Shown here piece by piece: positions 8,817-18,537 of a stretch of DNA of 64,000 bases. The stretch lies in assembly GCA_965222075.1 (NCBI GenBank), contig OZ244937.1:4320001-4384000 (forward strand), given 5' to 3'. Source of the stretch: Candidatus Latescibacterota bacterium. GTDB lineage: Bacteria; Latescibacterota; UBA2968; GCA-2709665. The notes beneath the pieces were generated by a model that ran no database searches, was not told where the DNA came from, and was given only the letters and a program-made list of their open reading frames with translations. The first letter of the stretch is position 1, and every line of letters begins with the position of its first letter. The position numbers were made by a program, and so were the translations under genes.

Positions 8817-10055
8817 ATGCAAATCTCAAACAACGAAATCTACGACCTCATCATCGTAGGTGGAGGACCTGCCGGCGCCACCGCAGCCCTTTATGCCAGA
8901 CGCCACGGCCTGAAAACCCTCCTCCTGGACAGGGCCAGATTCCCCCGCGACAAAATCTGCGGCGACGCCCTCTCCGGCAAGGCAGTCACCGTCCTTCGGG
9001 ACCTGGGCCTTGTCAATAAAGTCAGCGATCTGCCCGGCGCCGTGGTCCACACCGTCACCTTTGGAAGCCCGGACCACACGGAGGCCGACGTCGACCTCAC
9101 CCGGTCCAACCGCCGGGACCTCCTCACCGGCTTTGTCATCCGCCGTCATATCTTCGACGCGTTTCTCTTCAGTGAAGCCCGAAACGTTGTCGATACCTGC
9201 ATCGAATCGTTCAACGTCCGCGACCTGATCGTGGAAAACGGACAGGTCTGCGGCGTTCGGGGCAAGCAGGCGGGCCGCCCGGAAACCGTCGACTTCAGGG
9301 GCCGCATCGTCCTGGGCGCGGACGGCTTCAACTCCATCGTCGCCAGAAAGACCGGGCTTTACAAACACGAACCGCGCCACTGGATCGTGGCCCTGCGCTG
9401 CTACTATCAGAACATCAAGGGGCTCACCGACCAGATCGAACTGCACTATGTTGACGCCATCATCCCCGGCTACTTCTGGATCTTCCCATTAGAAAACGGA
9501 TGCGCCAATGTCGGCATCGGCATGGTACACAAGTACCTCAAACGGCAAAACGTCGACCTGAAGATCGCCCTGGACCAGACCATCCACAGCCCCCACTTTA
9601 GAGGCCGTTTTGCAGACGCAGTCCCCCTGGAAGCGCCCGTGGGCTGGAACCTGCCGGTGGGCAGCAAACACCGCAAAACCTACGGCAGCGGCTTCATGCT
9701 CATCGGAGACTCCGCCGGTCTCATCGACCCCTTCACCGGAGAAGGCATCGGCAACGCCATGTACGCCGCCCGGTATGCCGTCCAATGCGCCAAAGAGGCC
9801 TACGACGCGGGCGACTTCAGCGAGAAATTCCTCTCCCGCTACGACACCCGCCTCTGGGACGACATCGGCGACGAGTTAAAAGTCAGCGCCCGGCTGCAGC
9901 AGGTCGGCCGCCTCCGCTTCCTGGTCAACTTTGTCATCCGAAAAGCCGAAAAAAGTCAGGAAGTCCGCGACATCCTCTGTGGCATGATGGCCAACGAAGC
10001 CCCCAAAAAACAGCTCGCCAACCCCCTCTTCTACCTCAAGCTCTTACTTGTGTGA
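8817..10055 (+). CDS. Geranylgeranyl reductase family FAD-dependent oxidoreductase
   Basis: YDLIIVGGGPAG, FPRDKICGD, GADG, GYFWIFP, GDSAGLIDPFTGEGI. Confidence 0.92.
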   Translation: MQISNNEIYDLIIVGGGPAGATAALYARRHGLKTLLLDRARFPRDKICGDALSGKAVTVLRDLGLVNKVSDLPGAVVHTVTFGSPDHTEADVDLTRSNRRDLLTGFVIRRHIFDAFLFSEARNVVDTCIESFNVRDLIVENGQVCGVRGKQAGRPETVDFRGRIVLGADGFNSIVARKTGLYKHEPRHWIVALRCYYQNIKGLTDQIELHYVDAIIPGYFWIFPLENGCANVGIGMVHKYLKRQNVDLKIALDQTIHSPHFRGRFADAVPLEAPVGWNLPVGSKHRKTYGSGFMLIGDSAGLIDPFTGEGIGNAMYAARYAVQCAKEAYDAGDFSEKFLSRYDTRLWDDIGDELKVSARLQQVGRLRFLVNFVIRKAEKSQEVRDILCGMMANEAPKKQLANPLFYLKLLLV

Positions 10056-10099
10056 ACGTGGAGATATCCCACGTAAACACCACGGCCCCGGAGGTTATG

Positions 10100-10582
10100 T
10101 ATGTGTCCAAACAGTTCACCGCTCCCGGAAAGACCTGCTGCCGTTGACCTTTCAGTTTGCCGTGGCCGGACGGGAGATCGCTTATGTCGGGGGGGACTTT
10201 GAACTGCAAAAAGAGAACGATCCCCGCACCCTGTTTTACAGGGGAACCATCCTAGGAACCGCCGCTGGAAATCCGGCTCAAGGCCGCCGGCAAAACGGTA
10301 GGCGGAGAGGGGAAGGCGAATTTTCGGGATATATCACAGGACGTTTTCCACATCGAGGCCGAAAAGGACGGCCAGCGCAGTGTGATCAAGTCCAACGAAA
10401 TGGCCTGGAACCTCTCCACGTTCGATACCGGTGGGGAAGCGGCCGTTCCCGATGGGATCAGGGCGTTTATCTATACGGAGCGCGGGGTGTATCGTCCGGG
10501 AGATGAAATCAATCTTTCGGTGATCGCCCGGAACGAAGACCACACGTTTCCGGACGACCATCCGGCCGGTGGAAGTGGATGA
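10100..10582 (+). pseudogene. Fragment of a bacterial alpha-2-macroglobulin gene (MG2 region)
   Basis: 'WNLSTFDTGG...RAFIYTERGVYRPGDEINLSVIARN' is the A2M MG1/MG2 signature; the intact protein is over 1500 aa, here only frameshifted scraps remain. Confidence 0.75.
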
Positions 10583-10586
10583 CCAG

Positions 10587-10907
10587 CTATTCGGGTCCGG
10601 GAAAGAAATCCGCCCCCTGCATAATCATATCCTGCTGCTTCACAACCAGCCCCTCGACCCTGGGAAGGTAGTCGTTGGTCCACCGGGGGTCGTTGCGCAC
10701 GGCCTGGCGGGCCTTGTCAAAATGGGCGTAATCTTCGTACGCCCAGATGTGGATCACCTGGTTGAGGGGCCCAATGTCCGTATAGTACCAGCCAGCCAGC
10801 TTGACCCCGTGGTCTTGACGGATTTTGAGCGCCACCTCTCGAACCGCAGCCATATACTCGGGCACCGAGCTCGGCTTCAAATCGTAAATCCTCAAATCGT
10901 AAATCAT
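10587..10907 (-). CDS. NIPSNAP family protein
   Basis: MIYDLRIYDLKP...GPLNQVIHIWAYED; ATG 10907 after AGGAGG. Confidence 0.93.
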   Translation of the reverse strand: MIYDLRIYDLKPSSVPEYMAAVREVALKIRQDHGVKLAGWYYTDIGPLNQVIHIWAYEDYAHFDKARQAVRNDPRWTNDYLPRVEGLVVKQQDMIMQGADFFPGPE

Positions 10908-11010
10908 CAAACACCTCCTGAACTGTTGGTGCCAAAAAAACAGAGCGTAAGAGCCCCTCCGGACGCTTACGCTCTTTGATTTTGAAGTTTCGTACTGCTC
11001 ACTCTGGCAC

Positions 11011-12318
11011 TTACCTCTCCTCCATCGGCACATAATCCCGCTCGTCGGCCCCGATGTAGACCTGTCGCGGGCGGGTGATCTTCTGCTCCTTGTCCTGGAG
11101 CATCTCCCGCCACTGCGCCAGCCATCCCGACGTCCGGCCAATGGCAAACATCACCGTCATCATATCCGTGGGTAGCCCCATCGCCTGGTAGATGATCCCC
11201 GAATAGAAATCAACGTTCGGATAGAGCTTGCGGGAGACAAAAAACGTGTCTTCCAGCGCAATCCTTTCCAGCTCCAGCGCAATATCGATCAGTGGATTTT
11301 TTCCGGTCGCCTCGAACACGTCGTGGGCAGTCTGCTTGATAATCTGGGCCCTCGGGTCGTAATTCTTATACACCCGGTGTCCGAAACCCTGCAGCAGGAC
11401 TTCTCTGTTCTTCACCCGCTTGATATAGGCCGGCACGTTCTCCTTGGATTCGATCTCGGCCAACATCTTCAGCACCGCCTCGTTCGCCCCACCGTGTAAA
11501 GGTCCATAAAGCGAACCCGCCGAACCCGCCATCGCCGAATAAGGGTCGGCACGCCCGCTGCCAATACCACGCATCGTACTCGTACTGCAGTTCTGCTCAT
11601 GGTCGGCATGCAGAATAAACAGCACCTCCAGCGCCCGTTCCGTAACCGGATTGGCTGTATAGGCCTTCTCCGGTGAACCGAACAACATATTCAGAAAATT
11701 AGCACAATAACCCTGGCTGCTGTCCGGTGCGACATAAGGGAGTCCCCGGCTGCGCCGGTACACCAGAGCCCCAACCGTCGCCACATTCCCGACCAACCGA
11801 CGGATGTGCACATCCCAGGCCTTCTCATCGGAAATATCCCGTGCATTGGCGTAAAATGTAGACAGACTACCCAGCATCCCGACCAGCATCCCCACCGTAT
11901 GAGAGCCTTCTTGAAACCCATCCATCAGCTTCAGGATGTTCTCGTCAAGCACCGTATGTTCCATCACCGCCCTTACCCACTCATCACACTGCTGGGCTGT
12001 GGGCAATTCTCCGTATAAAAGCAAATAGGCCGTCTCCAAGTAGCTGCCCTGCTCCGCGAGCTGCTCGATCGGGTACCCACGATACCGCAAAATTCCTTTC
12101 TCCCCATCAATAAAGGTAACCGTACTTTGACACGAGGCCGTATTGAGGTACGCCGGGTCGTAGCCCAGAAGCCCAAAATCGTTCTCCGAATGCTTGATCT
12201 GTCTCAGGTCTGCCGTTCGAATCGCCGAGCCATATTCGGGATAGGTCCCGTGAAAAATCGGGACCTCGTAGGTCTTACCTGTTCGATTGTCGATAATCGT
12301 GAGCGAATCCTTGCCCAT
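11011..12318 (-). CDS. gltA: Citrate synthase
   Basis: GILRYRGYPIEQLA, LHADHEQNCST, GPLHGGANE, GFGHRVYKNYDPRA, LYPNVDFYSG. Confidence 0.97.
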   Translation of the reverse strand: MGKDSLTIIDNRTGKTYEVPIFHGTYPEYGSAIRTADLRQIKHSENDFGLLGYDPAYLNTASCQSTVTFIDGEKGILRYRGYPIEQLAEQGSYLETAYLLLYGELPTAQQCDEWVRAVMEHTVLDENILKLMDGFQEGSHTVGMLVGMLGSLSTFYANARDISDEKAWDVHIRRLVGNVATVGALVYRRSRGLPYVAPDSSQGYCANFLNMLFGSPEKAYTANPVTERALEVLFILHADHEQNCSTSTMRGIGSGRADPYSAMAGSAGSLYGPLHGGANEAVLKMLAEIESKENVPAYIKRVKNREVLLQGFGHRVYKNYDPRAQIIKQTAHDVFEATGKNPLIDIALELERIALEDTFFVSRKLYPNVDFYSGIIYQAMGLPTDMMTVMFAIGRTSGWLAQWREMLQDKEQKITRPRQVYIGADERDYVPMEER

Positions 12319-12377
12319 AAACAGCTCCTTTCGCTATAATCTTTGAAACAGACTTTGAAACAGACTTTTCGCTTTCG

Positions 12378-13088
12378 TCAGGCTCGAACCACGTAAATTA
12401 CGCTCTCCAAGGGCCTGCCGGACGGATCGTAATCACACGCCTCCCGGAGCTCAACCCCTCCGAAAACCTCCCGAAGCGCCTTCTTGTACGGTTGACTGAG
12501 CGTGTGAGACCAGACCCCCAGCACCCCCCCGGACCTCAACCGGGTCCTGAGGATGCCCAGCATCGACAGGCTGTATGCACGGCGGTTCTCGCCCCGCACA
12601 ACCCAGTCCGGCCCATTGTCGATATCGATTGCAATCCCGTGGTAGCTCCGGGGGTTGCCGTGTACATAATCGCAAAAGTCCCCCACCACCACCCGGGTGC
12701 GCGGATCGTCCAGAATCTCGCCGTTGCCCAGGTACGTCCGGTTCCACGCCACAATCTGGGGCTCCAGCTCAATCACGCAGACCGTCCGGACGCCGGGATA
12801 GGTGAGCGCCTGACGCAGGGCGAACCCCATCCCGAGCCCCCCGATCAGGAGGTCCATGTTCCGGCGGGTAGCCACCCCCTCCAGCACCACATCCATCAGC
12901 ACCCGGCATGAGGGGGCATTATAAGTCGCCATCAGGAACACCCCGTTGAAAACGAGTTCGTAATGGGTCTCTCCCTCCCCCTTACGCGCCGCAAGCTGAA
13001 GCTCCCCGGCACGGGTGGTCAACCGTTCCACAACCCGCCGTTCATCCCGTTCCATGGGGTATCCCTGAGCAATATCCGAATGCACCAA
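12378..13088 (-). CDS. Spermidine synthase-like SAM-dependent transferase
   Basis: LIGGLGMGF, VIELEP, DIDNGP motifs. Confidence 0.85.
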   Translation of the reverse strand: MVHSDIAQGYPMERDERRVVERLTTRAGELQLAARKGEGETHYELVFNGVFLMATYNAPSCRVLMDVVLEGVATRRNMDLLIGGLGMGFALRQALTYPGVRTVCVIELEPQIVAWNRTYLGNGEILDDPRTRVVVGDFCDYVHGNPRSYHGIAIDIDNGPDWVVRGENRRAYSLSMLGILRTRLRSGGVLGVWSHTLSQPYKKALREVFGGVELREACDYDPSGRPLESVIYVVRA

Positions 13089-13292
13089 CTCCCCTCAGCG
13101 TCCATTGGAATTCCCATCCAGATAGCATAGAATAAGATAGAATTAGAATTAAAAATCTCCAAATAATTTCGGAAGCGCCCTACGACCTTCAACATCGATT
13201 TTTTAAGCCGCTAATTTTCTTGACTTTTCGTCTCCCTTCCCCTTAGATTAAGGCGTGTGCGCCCCCCACATCCAACCGAACGAAAGGAACAC

Positions 13293-14162
13293 ATGCCTTC
13301 CCCGGCAGACCCAATATCCAGTACGTTTTCCTGCCTTTCCGAGGCCGTCGGTATCGAGCTGATCAATCCTCACATCCCCCGGGGTCGGATCCATTCTGTC
13401 CTCTTCGACTTCGACGGTACCATCTCCCTCATACGGGAAGGCTGGCGGGACATCATGGTCCCTATGATGGTCGAAATCCTCGCAGAGCTCAACACCGGCG
13501 AGACCCGGGCGGCGCTCACCGCCGTCGTGACCGGATTTGTAGACCGCCTCACCGGCCAGCAGACCATTTACCAGATGCTCCGACTCTGTGAACAGATCCG
13601 GAAGCGGGGCGGATCGCCCGCTTCTCCCTTAGACTACAAACACTGCTACCACGACCGGCTCCTGCAGCACATCGAAGGCCGTCTCGCCGGCCTCGAATCG
13701 GGCGCGGTTGCCTCCGAAGATCTCATGCTCCCCGGCACCCTCGACCTCCTCGAAAACCTCCAACACCGGGGATTGGTCCTCTACTTAGCCAGTGGCACCG
13801 ATGTCGACTACGTCCGCAGCGAAGCCGACCTCCTTGGCGTTGCCCCATACTTCCAGGGCCGGATCTTCGGCGCGCTGGATCAGTACCGAAATTTCTCCAA
13901 GGCTATGCTCATCCAGGACATCCTTCGTGCCCACAACCTGAAAGGCGGCGAACTCCTCGGCTTTGGAGACGGATACGTCGAAATCGAAAACGTCAAGGAA
14001 GCCGGAGGCATCGCCGTCGGCGTCGCCTCCGACGAGGTCCGCCGGGAAGGCGTCAACGCCCGGAAGCGCGAACGTCTCGTCCGGGCCGGCGCAGACCTCG
14101 TCATCCCCGAGTACAGGGAACAGGACCGTCTTGTCGCCTATCTCTGTAACGATCACCCCTAA
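13293..14162 (+). CDS. HAD family hydrolase
   Basis: FDFDGTISLIREGW, LASGT, FGDGYVE; ATG 13293 after AAGGA; TTGACT..TAGATT promoter at 13220-13249. Confidence 0.9.
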   Translation: MPSPADPISSTFSCLSEAVGIELINPHIPRGRIHSVLFDFDGTISLIREGWRDIMVPMMVEILAELNTGETRAALTAVVTGFVDRLTGQQTIYQMLRLCEQIRKRGGSPASPLDYKHCYHDRLLQHIEGRLAGLESGAVASEDLMLPGTLDLLENLQHRGLVLYLASGTDVDYVRSEADLLGVAPYFQGRIFGALDQYRNFSKAMLIQDILRAHNLKGGELLGFGDGYVEIENVKEAGGIAVGVASDEVRREGVNARKRERLVRAGADLVIPEYREQDRLVAYLCNDHP

Positions 14163-14258
14163 ATGGTCCTCTCGCTAAATCTTGCGAATGTCCAGGCTCC
14201 AGCCACCGTACTACGGGGTTCCTATCTGCGTTCATCTGCGTTCACCCGTGGTTTCACA

Positions 14259-15302
14259 ATGACCCTCGAAGACCTCCAGACCCTCCTCCACAAATTCGCC
14301 GATCTCTCCATCCTCGTCGTGGGCGACTACTTCCTGGACCGCTACCTCATCATCGACCCCGACCTGGCTGAGATCTCCCTTGAAACGGGCCTCGAAGCCC
14401 GTCAGGTCACCCAAATCCGAAACAGCCCGGGCGCCGCCGGCACCGTCACCTCCAACCTCTGCGCCCTCGGCGTGGGCCGGGTCCGGGCGCTGGGGATCAT
14501 CGGCGGCGACGGCCAGGGCCACGACCTCAAGGCCGGCCTGAGGGCCACCGGCGTGGACATCTGGGATCTCATCGAGGTCTCCGGCCGGTTTACCCCCACC
14601 TACACCAAGCCCCTGCTCAAGACCACCGGCGGTGAAATGGAACGGCTCGACATTAAAAACAGGACGCCCGTGCCCCCCAACCTGGAAACCCAGCTCATCA
14701 ACGCCCTCCGAAAAGCCGTCCCCCACGTGCAGGGAATCATCGTTCTCGATCAGGTGCAGGAACGCAACTGCGGCGTCATCACCGACCGCGTCCGGGAGGA
14801 ACTCGCCCACCTGGGCCGGACCTGTCCCCAGGATATCTTCTTCGCCGACTCCCGCACCCGCATTGGGGAATTTCGGAACGTCATCGTCAAATCCAACCGT
14901 GAAGAAGCCGTTCGGGCGTCCCTCGCCCACCATACCGGACCGGTGGACCGGACCCTGCTAAAAACCTGTGCCTGCACCTTCTCGAAGCGCACTGGCCGTC
15001 CCGTCTACATCACTCTCGGCCCCCACGGCATCCTCTGTGCCGAGGCCGGGGGCCTCCACCACATCCCCGGCATCCCCGTACCCGATCCCATCGACATCGT
15101 AGGCGCCGGAGACAGCGTCTCTGCAGGCGTCGTTTCCGCCCTCTGCGCCGGCGCATCTTTCGCTGAGGCCGCCCTCCTCGGCGTCCTCGTCTCCTCCATC
15201 ACCATCCAGCAGCTTGGCACCACCGGCACCGCCTCACCCGACCAGATCCTCCAGCGCTTTGCCCAGACCTACCCCCACGGCTGGCCCGCCCCCACCGCAT
15301 AA
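14259..15302 (+). CDS. PfkB family carbohydrate kinase (RfaE/HldE kinase-like)
   Basis: VVGDYFLDRY, PGAAG, DIVGAGDSV. Confidence 0.9.
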   Translation: MTLEDLQTLLHKFADLSILVVGDYFLDRYLIIDPDLAEISLETGLEARQVTQIRNSPGAAGTVTSNLCALGVGRVRALGIIGGDGQGHDLKAGLRATGVDIWDLIEVSGRFTPTYTKPLLKTTGGEMERLDIKNRTPVPPNLETQLINALRKAVPHVQGIIVLDQVQERNCGVITDRVREELAHLGRTCPQDIFFADSRTRIGEFRNVIVKSNREEAVRASLAHHTGPVDRTLLKTCACTFSKRTGRPVYITLGPHGILCAEAGGLHHIPGIPVPDPIDIVGAGDSVSAGVVSALCAGASFAEAALLGVLVSSITIQQLGTTGTASPDQILQRFAQTYPHGWPAPTA

Positions 15303-15364
15303 ATCCAACCGCCAAAAACAGTGTCCAAACGAGCATTATCTTCTGCTGTCTGCCGTCTTACCCC

Positions 15365-15393
15365 TTGACCAACCGCCCCTATAGGGCTATACT
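15365..15393 (+). promoter_or_regulatory. Sigma70-type promoter of the mcrB-like gene
   Basis: TTGACC, 17 nt, TATACT. Confidence 0.7.
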
Positions 15394-15439
15394 TCTTTTA
15401 TCAGGACAGACTACCGAGAACCCTCCCCGGAGAACGATT

Positions 15440-17269
15440 ATGCACAGGGTCCTGGTTGTAGACGACGATCCCGCCCTGCTCACCTTTGCCGGGTTTACCG
15501 CCAACGACTTCCACGCGTGCAACACCACCCGCATGGGCGCCGAACACCTCCAGCGGCGCATGGAGGCCCTCAAAGACCGGCTTGCTCCCGCTGTTGCAGA
15601 ATGCGATCCCGACCTGGTGCCGGTCGTCTCGCCCATCTACACCACCAGCGGCTTCCGCCCCAACCGGGACCGTCCCCGGGACCACGCCTGCCTCTACTTC
15701 GTCGACCGCCGCCTCAAAAAAAGCTCCTTCCCCCGACTCCCTCAGCTTGGTCTCTACCTCCACAAGACCTCCCTCTCGGTCGGCTTCTATGCCGGCTGGT
15801 GGCCCCGCCCCGCCCTCCGCCATCTCCTCTCCGACACCTGCAAGTTTCACAGGCTCGTCCCCCGCAGGGGCTACCGCATCCTCGCCGGCGACATCATCCT
15901 CGCTTCCCCAAACCGTTCCCTGCCCTGGTCTCCCGCAAGGTTGAAAGGGGTTGACCGTCCCATCTTCGTCGGTCGCATCTTCTCTCCCGACAGCCCCGAG
16001 ATCGCTGCCCCTGAAATCTGCGACCGAATCCTCGACATCTTCCAGGACCTCCACCCCCTCTACAGGGTCTTTACCGAGGCCCGCACCAGCCGATCCCTCG
16101 CTCCGGCCGTCTACCGCCCCGAACCGCCCGATCCCGACCTCGTCCGCGAATCCCTCGCCCCCAAAGGGGCCGACCTCCTCCTCGACCTCTACCGCTACAT
16201 GCAAACCCGGAGGTTCCAGATCGAGCAGGACATGCTCTTTAACCTCTACCTTTGCCTCAAGGCCAAACCCTTCCTCATCCTTGCCGGCATCTCGGGGACT
16301 GGAAAAAGCACCGTCATCCGCCTCTTGGCCGAGGCCGTCAACGGCACCGAAAACGGGCGCGCGAAAGGCTACCGGCTCATCCCCGTCCGCCCCGACTGGC
16401 ACGAAACCCGGGACCTGCTCGGCTTTGAAAACCTCCTTACCGGAACCTACCGCACCGGCGCCCTTCTCAGGGCCATGCAGGAGGCCGCAGCCGAACCCGA
16501 CCGCCCCTACTTCGTCTGCTTCGACGAAATGAACCTCGCCCGCGTGGAACACTACTTCTCCGACTTCCTCAGCGTCATGGAAACCGAGCGGCGCACCCCC
16601 CAAGGCGACCGCACCACCGACCCGATCGAACTCGCCCAGGGCCGCGACGAAATCGAAACCGAAGACCTTGGCACCCTCCCCGCCCGCCTCTCCATCCCCC
16701 CCAACCTCTTTATCACCGGCACCGTCAACATGGACGAAACCACCTACACCTTTAGCCCCAAAGTCCTCGACCGGGCCAACACAATCGCCTTCGACCGGGT
16801 CAACTTCGACCTCCACACCGAGGGTCCCGAACCCAAAATCGACTCCGGCGCCCTCCAAGCCCTCGGCCTGACCCTCTGCGACCGGCCCTACCGCCACCTC
16901 GGTGACGTCCAGGCCCGGCCCGACGTCACCGCATGGAACCGTCCCATCGGTCAGGTCAACGCCCTCCTCGCCCCCGAAGACCTCCACTTCGGCTACCGCA
17001 TCCGCGACGAAATCCTCATCTACATGGCCTATGCCCTCGACCTCATCGAAGCCCTCCCGGAGGCCGCGCGCGTCTTCACCCCAGACAACGCCTTCGACTA
17101 CCAGATCCTCCAGAAAATTCTCCCCCGCCTCACCGGCGTGGGAGAAGAAGCCGCCGACATTCTCGACGCCCTCATCGACTTCTGCGGCAATACCTACCCC
17201 CGCTCTGTGAATAAACTCCAGCGCATGCGCCGCCGCCTCGACCGGACCGGATTTACGAGCTTCTGGTAA
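15440..17269 (+). CDS. McrB-family AAA+ GTPase with an atypical N-terminal domain
   Basis: PFLILAGISGTGKS, VRPDW, DEMNLARVEHYFSDFLS, GTVNMDETT..FSPKVLDRAN, HFGYR, QKILPRL, GFTSFW. Confidence 0.93.
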   Translation: MHRVLVVDDDPALLTFAGFTANDFHACNTTRMGAEHLQRRMEALKDRLAPAVAECDPDLVPVVSPIYTTSGFRPNRDRPRDHACLYFVDRRLKKSSFPRLPQLGLYLHKTSLSVGFYAGWWPRPALRHLLSDTCKFHRLVPRRGYRILAGDIILASPNRSLPWSPARLKGVDRPIFVGRIFSPDSPEIAAPEICDRILDIFQDLHPLYRVFTEARTSRSLAPAVYRPEPPDPDLVRESLAPKGADLLLDLYRYMQTRRFQIEQDMLFNLYLCLKAKPFLILAGISGTGKSTVIRLLAEAVNGTENGRAKGYRLIPVRPDWHETRDLLGFENLLTGTYRTGALLRAMQEAAAEPDRPYFVCFDEMNLARVEHYFSDFLSVMETERRTPQGDRTTDPIELAQGRDEIETEDLGTLPARLSIPPNLFITGTVNMDETTYTFSPKVLDRANTIAFDRVNFDLHTEGPEPKIDSGALQALGLTLCDRPYRHLGDVQARPDVTAWNRPIGQVNALLAPEDLHFGYRIRDEILIYMAYALDLIEALPEAARVFTPDNAFDYQILQKILPRLTGVGEEAADILDALIDFCGNTYPRSVNKLQRMRRRLDRTGFTSFW

Positions 17270-17346
17270 TAAAAAATCCGGACAGGCCGGATGAAAAAGA
17301 TTCGTCTTGGAGGCGTCGGGTTGGGCCAATTTTCAATTCCCATACC

Positions 17347-18498
17347 CTACCAGTCCGCCACGCTGCCGTCAGACGCGTAGTAGAATTCTCCGCCCAACTC
17401 TTCCTCATAGATCCCGCAGTCCTGTTCGGCCTCCTTCTTGTCGATCTCAAAGCCCAGACCGGGCGTCGCGGGCAAATCGATGTGGCCGTCCCTCACCTCC
17501 CAGTCCTCCTTCAGCAGCCCGCCGCCCAGACTCTGATCGACCTGTTCCTGGATTAGAAAGTTCGGAACCACGGCGTCCACCTGAAGCGAGGCTGAAAACG
17601 CCACTGGCCCGATAGCGCAGTGGGGCAGGATGTGCATGTAGTAAACCTCGCCCATGTTCGCCACCTTCTTAAGCTCCGTAATCCCGCCAACGTGCGACGT
17701 ATCGGGCTGAAGGTAGGCAACTGCCTGCTTCTCGAAAATCTCGCGGAATCCCCAGCGGGTCAGCAGGCGCTCCCCGGTCGCAATTGGAAACGGTGCCCGG
17801 TCTGAGACCAGCTTCAATGCGTCCACGTTCTCCTGCGGCACCGGCTCCTCCACAAACATCGGCCGCATCCCTTTCAGTTCGTGGCAAATCTCAACCGCAA
17901 GCGCCGGCGTCATCTTCCCGTGGAAATCAAACGCCAGCTCCACATCCGGCCCCACCCACTCCCGCATCAAGTACGCCCGCTCCACAAACGCGTCGATCAC
18001 GGCCGGCGGCTCGTGCCCCCGCCACTTGCCCCCCGGGCCGGACTTGAACGCCTTGTAGCCCCCTTTGCGCTGAAGCTGGTCGAGACGCGCCTTTGCGGCG
18101 GCCTTCCCTTCGTCAGTCAGGCTTCCAATGCCCCAGTGCGCGTACACCCGGATACGCTCCCGAACCGCGCCCCCCAGCAGCTGGTGCACCGGCGCGCCAT
18201 AATGCTTCCCCGCAATATCCCACAGCGCCTGGTCGATACCGGACAGCGCGGTCATCAGCACCGGCCCGCCCCGGAAGAAGGCCGACCGGTAAATGTGTTG
18301 CCAGTGGTGTTCTATCCGCAGTGGATCCTTCCCGATGAGGTAGTCGGCAAGTTCCTCCACCGCCGCAGCGGTGCTCTTCGGCTTGCCCTCCAGCGTCGTC
18401 TCCCCCCACCCCACCAGACCCGTATCGGTCGTAATTTTGACAAGCCGTACCCGTCTGCGGGGAAAGAACTGATCGATTCTGGCAATCTTCAATGCCAT
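17347..18498 (-). CDS. Galactonate dehydratase-like mandelate racemase/enolase superfamily enzyme
   Basis: GLVGWGE, SGIDQALWDI, DFHGK, FVEEP, ATGERL, PHCAIGP; DgoD-like C-terminus DGSVADW. Confidence 0.9.
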   Translation of the reverse strand: MALKIARIDQFFPRRRVRLVKITTDTGLVGWGETTLEGKPKSTAAAVEELADYLIGKDPLRIEHHWQHIYRSAFFRGGPVLMTALSGIDQALWDIAGKHYGAPVHQLLGGAVRERIRVYAHWGIGSLTDEGKAAAKARLDQLQRKGGYKAFKSGPGGKWRGHEPPAVIDAFVERAYLMREWVGPDVELAFDFHGKMTPALAVEICHELKGMRPMFVEEPVPQENVDALKLVSDRAPFPIATGERLLTRWGFREIFEKQAVAYLQPDTSHVGGITELKKVANMGEVYYMHILPHCAIGPVAFSASLQVDAVVPNFLIQEQVDQSLGGGLLKEDWEVRDGHIDLPATPGLGFEIDKKEAEQDCGIYEEELGGEFYYASDGSVADW

Positions 18499-18537
18499 AC
18501 CCCCCTTTCCGGATCATTCCGCTTGGATCAAGCAACC

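Noticed and set aside
15401-17329. 642-aa antisense ORF (likewise 20468-22126 minus, 60069-61547 plus, 37389-38639 plus)
   Set aside because: Shadow ORFs caused by extreme third-position bias of the real gene on the other strand; V/G/E-rich with no motifs
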